From: Camelus ferus
Taxonomy: Eukaryota
NCBI RefSeq assembly: GCF_009834535.1
Contig: NC_045698.1
Coordinates: 1-64,000, forward strand
Length of the DNA stretch: 64,000 bases
Reading direction: 5' to 3'
The notes beneath the pieces are model-generated. The model was given only the letters and a program-made list of their open reading frames with translations, made no database searches and had not been told where the DNA came from. Of this stretch, positions 51,801 through 61,700 are shown piece after piece. The position numbers and the translations under genes were made by a program. Each line of letters begins with the position of its first letter. Within the stretch, counting starts at the first letter, position 1.

Positions 51801-54800
51801 GGGGAAGACACGCGGAGGGCTCCAAGGCGATCCCAGGTGCTGCAGACAGAGGATGGAACCTCGATACACTCAGAATTCTGGAACTCGGCCGAGTGGTTCG
51901 GGTAGGTTTAGGGCCATCCTCCATGCAGCTGCCTGGTGTCACAGGTGTTCCCTTGCAGGGGGAAGTCCGCTAATTACCTCAACCCTCCAGAGAGAGGCAC
52001 TAGATGCTACCTGCATTTCCAGCCCAAACCCAGCATTTCCCAGGCAGCCCGCAATAGGAGACAATCGGGGAAGACACGCGGAGGGCTCCTAGGTGATCCC
52101 AGGCGCTGCAGACAGTGGACGGAACCTCGCCAAACTCATAAATCCGGAACGCTACCGAATGTGTGGGGGAGGTTTGGGGCCGCCCTCCACGCAGCTGCCT
52201 GGTGTCACAGGTGTTCCCTGGCAGGGGGAATTCCGCTAATTACCTCATCTGTCCAGGGGGAGGCACTAGATTCTACCTGCATTTCGAGCCCAACCCCCGC
52301 GTTTCCCCAGCACCCCGCACTAGGAGACACTCGGGGAAGACACGCGGAGGGCTTCTAGGAGATCCCAGGCGGTGCAGACAGAGGACGGAACCTCGCAACA
52401 TTGAGATTTCCGGAACGCGCCCGAGAGGGTGGGGGAGGTTTGGGGCCGCCCACCACGCAGCTGCCTGGTGTCACAAGTGTTCCCTGGCAGGGGGAAGTCC
52501 GCTAATTACCACATCTGTCAAGGGGGAGGCACTAGTTGCTACCTGCATTTCCAGAACAACCCCCAAATTTCCCCGGCAGCCCGCATTATGTGACCCTCCG
52601 TGAAGACACAAGGAGGGCTCCTAGTGATCCCAGGCGCTGCAGACAGAGGACGGATCCTCGCCAACCTCAGAATTCAGGAATGCGGCCGAGTGGGTAGGGG
52701 AGGTTTAGGGCCGCCCTCCACGCAGCTGCCTGGTATCACAGGTGTTCCCTAGCAGGGGGAAGTCCGCTAATGAACTCATCTGTCCAGGGGGATGCACTAG
52801 ATGCTACCAGCATTTCCAGCCCTACCACCGCATTTCCCCGGCAGCCCGCACTAGGAGACACTCGGGGAAGATACGCGGATGGCTCCTAGGAGATCCCATG
52901 CGCTGCAGACAGCGGATGGAACCTCGCCACACTCAGAATTCTGAAACAAGGCCGAGTGTGAGGGGGAGGTTTGGGGCCGTTCTCCACGCAGTTGCCTGGT
53001 GTCACAGGTGTTCCGTGGCAGGGGGAAGTCCGCTAATTACCTCATCTGTCCAGGGGGAGGCACTAGATTCTACCTGAATTTCCAGCCCAACCCCCGCCTT
53101 TCCCCGGCAGCATGAAATAGGAGAGACTCGGGGAAGACACCCGGAGGGCTCCTAGGAGATCCCAGGCGCTGCAGACAGAGGACGGAACCTCGCCACACTC
53201 AGAATTCCAGAACGCGGCCGAGTGGTTGTGGGAAGTTTGGAGCCGCCCTCCATGCAGCTGCCTGGTGTCACAGGTGTTCCCTTGCAGGGGGAATTCCGAT
53301 AATTACCTCATCTGTCCAGGGGGAGGCACTAGATCCTACCTGTATTTCCAGCACAACTCCCGGCTTTCCCCAGCAGCCCGCACTAGGAGACCCTCGGGGA
53401 AGGCACGCGGAGTGCTCCTAGTGATCCCAGGCGCTGCAGACAGAGGACGGAACCTCGCCTCACTCAGAATTCCGGAATGCGTCCGAGTTGGTGGGGGAGG
53501 TTTAGGGCCGCCCCCCAAGCAGCTGCCTGGTGTCACAGGTGTTCCCTGGCAGGGGGAAGTCCGCTAATTACCACATCTGTCCAGGGAGAGGCACTAGTTG
53601 CTACCTGCATTTCCAGCCCAACCCCCGCCTTTCCACAGCAGCCCGCACTAGGAGACACTCGGGGAAGACACGCGGAGGGCTTCTCGGAGATCCCAGGCGC
53701 TGCAGACAGAGGACGGAACCTCGCAACACTGAGATTTCCGGAACGCGCCCGATAGGGTGGGGGAGGTTTGGGGCCGCCCACCACGAAGCTGCCTGGTGTG
53801 ACAAGTGTTCCCTGGCTGGGGGAAGTCTGCTAATTACCATATCTGTCCAGGGGGAGGCACTAGTTGCTACCTGCATTTCCAGAACAACCCCCACATTTCC
53901 CCGGCAGCCCGCAATATGTGACCCTCGGGGAAGACACGCGTAGGGCTCCTAGTGATCCCAAGCGCTGCAGACAGAGGACGGATCCTCGCCAACCTCAGAA
54001 TTCAGGAATGCGGCCGAGTGGGTAGGGGAGGTTTACGGCCGCCCTCCACGCAGCTGCCTGGTGTCACAGGTGTTCACTGGCAGGGGGAAGTCCGCTAATG
54101 ACCTCATCTGTCCAGGGGGATGCACTAGATGCTACCAGCATTTCCAGCCCTACCACCGCATTTCCCCGGCAGCCCGCACTAGGAGACACTCGGCGAAGAC
54201 CCGCGGAAGGCTCCTAGGAGATCCCAGGCGCTGCAGACAGATGACGGAACCTCGCAACACTCAGAAATCCGGAACGAGGCCGAGTGGTTGGGGGAGGTTT
54301 GGGGCCGCCTTCCACGCAGCTGCCTGGTGTCACAGATGTTCCCTGGCAGGGGGAAGTCCGCTAATGACCTCATCTGTCCAGGGGGAGTCACTAGGTTCTA
54401 CATGCATTTCCAGTCCAAACACCGCCTTTCCCCGGTAGCCAGCAATAAGAGACACTCGGGGAAGACCCGCGTCGGGCTCCTAGGAGATCCCAGGCGATGC
54501 AGACAGAGGATGGAACCTCGCAACACGCAGAATTCCGGAACGCGGCCGAGTGGTTGGGGAGTTTTGATGCCGCCCTCCACTAAGCTGCCTGTGGTCACAG
54601 GTGTTCCCTGGCAGGGAGAAGTTCGCTAATTACCTCATCAGTCCTGGGGGAGGCACTACATGCTACCTGCATTTCCAGCCCAACCCACGCCTTTCACTGG
54701 CATCCCGCACTAGGAGACACTCGGGGAAGACACGCGTAGGGCTCCTAGGAGATCCCAGGCGCTACAGACAGAGGACGGAACCTCGCCACACTCAGAATTC

Positions 54801-55789
54801 CGAAACGCGGCAAAATGTGTTTCGGAGGTTTGGGGCCGCCCTCCACGCAGCTGCCTGGTGTCACAGGTGTTTTCTGTCAGGAGGTATTCCGCTAATTACC
54901 TCATCTGTCCAGGGGGAGGCACTAGATGCTACCAGCATTTCCAGCCCAACCACCGACATTCCCCGGCAGCTCGCACTAGGAGACACTCGGGGAAGTCACG
55001 CGGAGGGCTCCTAGGAGATCCCAGGCGCTGCAGACAGACGACGGATCCTCGCAACACTCAGAATTCTGGAATGCGGCCGAGTGGTGGGGGATGTTTTGGG
55101 CCGCCCTCCACGCAGCTGCCTGTGGTCACAGGTATTCCCTGGCAGGGTAAAGTCCGCTAATGACCTCATCTATCCCGGGCTAGGCACTAGATGCTACCAG
55201 CATTTCCAGCCCAACCACCGACATTCCCCGGCAGCTCGCACTAGGAAACACTCGGGGAATTCAGGCGGATGTCTCCTATGAGATCCCAGGCACTGCAGAC
55301 AGAGGAAGGAACCTCGCCACACTCTCAATTCCGAAACGTGGCCGAGTGTGTGGGGGAGGTATGGGGCCGCACCCATGCAGCTGCCTGGTGTCACAGGTGT
55401 TCCCTGGCAGGGGGAATTCCACTAATGACCTCATCAGTCCAGGGGGATGCACTAGATGCTACCTGAATTTCCAGCCCAACCCCCGGCTTTCCCCGTCAGC
55501 CCGCACTATGAGACACTCGGGGAAGACACGCGGAGGGCTCCTAGGAGATCCCAGGCGCTGCAGACAGAGGACGGAACCTCGCCATCCTCAGAATTCCGGA
55601 ACGCGGCCGAGTGGGTCGGGAAATTTGAGGACGCCCTCCACGCAGCTGCCTGGTGTCACAGGTGTTCCCTGGCAGGGGGAAGTCCTCTAATTACCTCATC
55701 ATTCCAGGGGGAGGCACTAGATGCTACCTGCATTTCCAGCCTATTCCCCGCCTTTCCCCGGCAGCCCGCACTAGGAGACATTCGGGGAA

Positions 55790-58700
55790 GACATGCGGCG
55801 GGCTCCTAGGAGATCCCAGGTGCTGCAGACAGAGGACGTAACCTCGCCACTATCAGAAATTCGGGACACGGCCGAGTGAGTGGGGGAGGTTTGGGGCCGC
55901 CCTAAACGCAGCTGCCAGGTGTCACAGTTGTTCCCTGGCAGGGGAAATTCCGGTAATTACCCGATTTGTCCATGGGGAGGCTCTAGATTCTACCAGCATT
56001 TCCAGACCAACCCTCGTTTTCCCCGGTAGCCCGCACTAGGAGACACTCGGGGAAGACACTCGGAGGGCTCCTAGGAGATCCCAGGCGTTGCAGACACAGG
56101 ACAGAACCTCGCCACTCAGAATTCCGGAACGCGACCAAGAGGGTGGGCGAGGTTTGGGGCCAAACTTCACGCAGCTGCCTGGTGTCACAGGTGTTCCCTG
56201 ACAGGGGGAAGTCCGCTAATTACCTCATCAGTCCAAGGGGAGGCACTAGAAGCTACCTGCATTTCCAGCCCAACCCCCGAATTTCCCCGGGAGCCCGCAC
56301 TAAGAGATACTCAGGGAAGTCACTCGGAGGGCTCCTAGGAGATCCCAGGTGCTGCAGACAGAGGACCGAACCTCGCCAGAACCAGAATTTCTGAACGCGT
56401 GCGAGTGGGTGGGGGAGGTTTGGGGCCGCAATCCACGCAGCTCCCAGGTGTCACACTTGTTCCCTGGCACTGGAAATACAGCTAATTACCTGATCTGTCC
56501 AGTGGGAGGCACTAGATGCTACATGCATTTCCAGCCCAACCCACGCCTTTCCCTGGCAGCCGGCACTATGAGATACTCTGGGAAGACACGCGGAGGGCTC
56601 CTAGGAGATCCCAGGTGCTGCAGACAGACGACGGAACCATGCCACAATCAGAATTCCGAAACGCGTCCGAGTGGGTGGGGGAGGTTTTGGGCCCCCCTCC
56701 ACGCAGCTGCCTGGTGTCACAGGTGTTCCCTGGCAGGGGGAATTGCGCTAATTTCCTCATCAGTCCTGGGGGAAGCACTAGATGCTACCTGCATTTCCAG
56801 CCGAACCCCCGCCTTTCCCCGGCAGCCCGCAAAAGGAGACACTCGAGGAAGACACGCGGAGGGCTCCTAGGAGATCCCAGGTGCTGCAGACAGAGGACGG
56901 AACCTCGCCACCCTCAGAATTCCGGAACGCGGCCGAGTGGTTGGTGGAGGTTTGGGGCCGTCCTCCACGCAGCTACCTGGTGTCACATGTGTTCCCTGGC
57001 AGGGGGAATTCCGCTAATTACCTCATCTGTCCAGGGGGAGGCACTAGATGCTACCTTCATTTCCAGAACAACCCCCGCATTTCCCCGGCAGCCCGCACTA
57101 ATAGAACCTCGGGGAAGACACGCGGAGAGCTCCTAGGGGATCCCAGGCGCTGCAGACAGAGGACGAATCCTCGCCACCCTCAGAATTCCGGAACGCGGCC
57201 GAGTGGGTGGGGGAAATTTGGGGCCGCCCTCCACGCAGCTGCCTGGTGTCACAGGTGTTCCCTGGCAGGGGGATGACCGCTAATTACCCTCATCTGTCCA
57301 GGGGGAGGCACTAGATGCTACCAGCATTTCCAGCCCAACCACCCCTTTTCCTGGAGCCCGCACTAGGTGTCACTCGGGGAAGACACGCGGAGGACTCATA
57401 GGAGATCCCAGGCGCTGCAGACAGAGGACGGAACCTCGCCAAAGTCAGAATATCGGAACGCGCCCGAGTGGGTGGGGGAGGTTTGGGGCAGCCTTCCACG
57501 AAGCTGCCTGGTGTCACAGTTGTTCCCTGGCAGGGAAAATTCCGCTAATTACCTGATCTGTCCAGTGGGAGGCACTAGATGCTACCTGCATTTCCAGCCC
57601 AACCCCCGCATTTCCCCGGCAGCCCGCACTAGGAAACACTCGGGGAAGACACGCGGAGGGCTCCTAGGAGATCCCAGGCGCTGCAGACACAGGACAGAAC
57701 CTCGCCACTCACAATTCCGAACGCGACCAAGTCGGTGGGGGAGGTTTGGGTCCGCCCTTCACGCAGCTGACGGTGTTACAGGTGTTCCCTGGCAGGGGGA
57801 AGTCAGCTAATTTATTCATCAGTCCAGTGGGAGGCACTAGAAGCTACCTGCATTTCCATCCCAACCCCCGCCATTCCCGGGCAGCCCGCACTAAGAGACA
57901 CTCGAGGAGGACACGCGGAGGGCTCCTAGGAGATCCCAGGCGCTGCAGACAGAGGACAGAACCTCGCCACCCTCAGAATTCTGGAACGTGGCCGAGTTGT
58001 TTGGGGAGGTTTGGGGCCGATCTCCACGCAGCTGCATGGTGTCACAGGTGTTCCCTGGCAGGGGGTATTCCGCTAATTACCTGATATGTCCAGGGGGAGG
58101 CAATAGACCCTACCTGAATTTCCAGGCAATCCCCAGCCTTTCCCCGGCAGCCCGCACTGGGAGACACTCGGGGAAGACACGCGGAGGGCTCCTAGTAGAT
58201 CCCAGGCGCTGCAGACAGAAGACGTAACCTCGCCACCCTCAGAATTCCGGAACGCGTCCGAGTCTGTGGGGGAGGTTTGAGGCCGCCTTCCTCGTATCTG
58301 CCTGGTGTCACAGGTGTTCATTTGCAGTCGGAAGTACACTAATTTCCTGATCTGTCCAGGGGGAGGCACCAGATGCTACCTGATTTCCCAGCCCAACCCC
58401 AGAATTTCCCCGGCAGCCCGCACTAGGAATGACTCCGGGAAGACACGCGGAGGGCTCCTAGGAGATCCCAGGCGCTGCAGAGGACGGAACCTCGCCACAC
58501 TCAGAATTCCGGAACGCGGCCGAGTTGGTGGGGGAGGTTTGGGGCCGCCCTCCACGCAGCTGCCTGGTGTCACAGTTGTTCCCTGGCAGGGGTAATTCCG
58601 CTAATTACCTGATCTGTCCAGGGGGAGGCTCTAGATGCTACCTGCATTTCCAGCCCAACACCCGAAATTCTCCGGCAGCCTGAACTAGAATACACTCGGG

Positions 58701-61700
58701 GAAGACACGCGGAGGGCTCCTAGAAGATCCCAGGCGCTGCAGACAGAGGACGGAACCTCGCCAGAATCAGAATTTCTGAACGCAGGCGAGTGGGTGGGGG
58801 AGGTTTGGGGCCGCCCCCCACGCAGCTACCAGATGTCACAGTTGTTCCCTGGCACTGGAAATACAGCTAATTACCTGATCTGTCCAGTGGGAGGCACTAG
58901 ATGCTACATGCATTTCCAGCCCAACCCCCGCCTTCCCCGGGCAGCCCGCACTAGGAGACACTCTGGGAAGACACGCGGAGGGCTCCTAGGAGATCCCAGG
59001 CGCTGCAGACAGAGGACGGAACCTCGCCACCCTCAGAATTCCGGAACGCAGCCGAGTGGGTGGGGGATGTTTGGGTCCGGTCTCCACGCAGCTGCCTGGT
59101 GTCACAGGTGTTCCCTGGCAGGGGGAATTCCGCTAATTACCTCATCGGTCCAGGGGGAGTCACTAGATGCTAAGTGCATTTCCAGCCCAACCCCCGCCTT
59201 TCCCCGGCAGCCCGCACTAATATACCCTCGGGGAAGACACGCGGAGGGCTCCTAGGAGATCCCAGGCGCTGCAGACAGAGGACAGAACCTCGCCACCCTC
59301 AGAATTCCGGAACGCGGCCGAGTGGTTTTGGGAGGTTTGGGGACGCTCTCCACGCAGCTGCAAGGTGTCACAGGTGTTCCCTGGCAGGGGGAATTCCGCT
59401 AATTACCTGATCTGTCCAGGGGGAGGCAATAGACCCTACCGCATTTCAGCCCAACCCCCGCCTTTCCCGGGCAGCCCGCACTAGGAGACACTCGGGGAAG
59501 ACACGCGGAGGGCTCCTAGAAGATCCCAGGCGCTGCAGACAGAGGACGGAACCTCGCCAGAATCAGAATTTCTGAACGCAGGCGAGTGGGTGCGGGATGT
59601 TTGGGGCCGCCCTCCACGCAGCTGCCAGGTGTCACAGTTGTTCCCTGGCACTGGAAATACAGCTAATTACCTGAACTGTCCAGTGGGAGGCACTAGATGC
59701 TACATGCATTACCAGCCCAACCCCCGCCTTTCCCGGGCAGCCCGCAGTAGGAGACACTCTGGGAAGACACGCGGAGGGCTCCTAGGAGATCCCAGGCGCT
59801 GCAGACAGAGGACGGAACCTCGCAAACCTCAGAATTCCGGAACGCGGCCGAGTGGGTGGGGGAGGTTTGGGGCCGCCCTCCACGCAGCTGCCTGGTGTCA
59901 CAGGTGTTCCCTTGCAGGGGGAATTCCGCTAACTTCCTCAGCAGTCCCGGGGGAGGCACTAGATGCCTCCTGCGTTTCCAGCACAACCCCCGCCTTTCCC
60001 CGGCAGCCCGCACAAGGAGACACTCGAGGAAGACACGCGGAGAGCTCTTAGGAGATCCCAGGCGCTGCAGAGAGAGGACGGAACCTCGCCACGCTCACAA
60101 TTCCGGAACGCGGCCGAGTGGGTGGGGGATGTTTGGGTCCGGTTTCCACGCAGCTGCCTGGTGTCACAGGTGTTCCCTGTCAGGGGGAATTCCGCTAATT
60201 ACCTCATCGGTCCAGGGGGAGTCACTAGATGCAAAGTGCATTTCCAGCCCAACCCACGCCTTTCCCCGGCAGCCCGCACTAATATACCCTCGGGGTAGAC
60301 ACGCGGAGGGCTCCTAGGAGATCCCAGGCGCTGCAGACAGAGGACAGAACCTCGCCACCCTCAGAATTCCGGAACGTGGCCGAGTAGTTTGGGGAGGTTT
60401 GGGGCCGCCATCCACGCAGCTGCCAGTTGTCACAGTTGTTCGCTGTCAGGGGAAATTCCGCTAATTACCTGATCTGTCCAGGGGGAGGCACTAGATGCTG
60501 CCTGCAATTCCAGACCAACCCTCGCTTTTCCCCGGCAGCCCGCACTAGGAGACACTCGGTGAAGACACCGGAGGTCTCCTAGGAGATCCCAGGCGCTGCA
60601 GACAGAGGACAGAAACTCGCCACTCAGAATTCTGGAACGCGATCAAGTGGGTGGGGGAGGTTTGGAGCCGCCCTCCACGCAGCTGCCTGGTGTCACAGTT
60701 GTTCCCTGGCAGGGGGAAGTCCGCTAATTACCTCATCAGTCCAGGGGGAGGCACTAGAAGCTACCTGCATTTCCATCCCAACCCCCGCCATTCCCCGGCA
60801 ACCCGCACTAGGAGACACTCGGGGAAGTCACTCGGAGGGCTCCTAGGAGATCCCAGGCGCTGCAGACAGAGGACGGAACCTCGCCACACTCAGAATTCCG
60901 GAACACGGCCGAGTGGGTAGGGGATGTTTGGGGCCGCACTCCACGCAGCTGCCAGGTGTCACAGTTGTTCCCTGGCAGGGGAAATTCCGCTAATTCCCTG
61001 ATCTGTCCAGGGGGAGGCACTAGATGCTACCTGCATTTCCAGCCCAACCCCCGCCTTTCCCCGGCAGCCCTCACTAGGAGACACTCGGGGAAGACACGCG
61101 GATGGCTCCTAGGAGATCCCAGGCGCTGCAGACAGAGGACGCAACTTCGCCACTCAGAATTCCGAAACGCGGCCGAGTCAGTGGGGGAGGTTTGGGGCCG
61201 CCGTCCTCGTATCTGCCTGGTGTCACAGGTGTTCATTGGCAGTCGGAAGTACACTAATTACCTGATATGTCCAGGGAGAGGCACCAGATGCTACCTGCAT
61301 TTCCAGCCCAACCGACGCCTTTCCCCGGCAGCCTGAATTAGGATTGACTCCGGGAAGACACGCGGAGGGCTCCTAGGGGATCCCAGGCGCTGCAGAGGAC
61401 GGAACCTCGCAACACTCAGAATTCTGGAACGCGGCCGAGTTGGTGGGGAAGGTTTGGGGCCGTCCTCCACGCAGCTGCCTGGTGTCACAGGTGTTCCCTG
61501 GCAGGGGGAAGTCCGCTAATTACCTGATCTGTCCAGGGGGAGGCACTAGATGCAACCTGCATTTCCAGCCAAACCCCCGCATTTCCCCCGCAGAACGCAC
61601 TAGGAGACACTCGGGGAAGACCCGCGGATTTCTCCTAGGAGATCCCAGGCGCTGCAGACAGAGGACGGAACCTCGCAACGCTCAGAATTCCGGAACGCGG

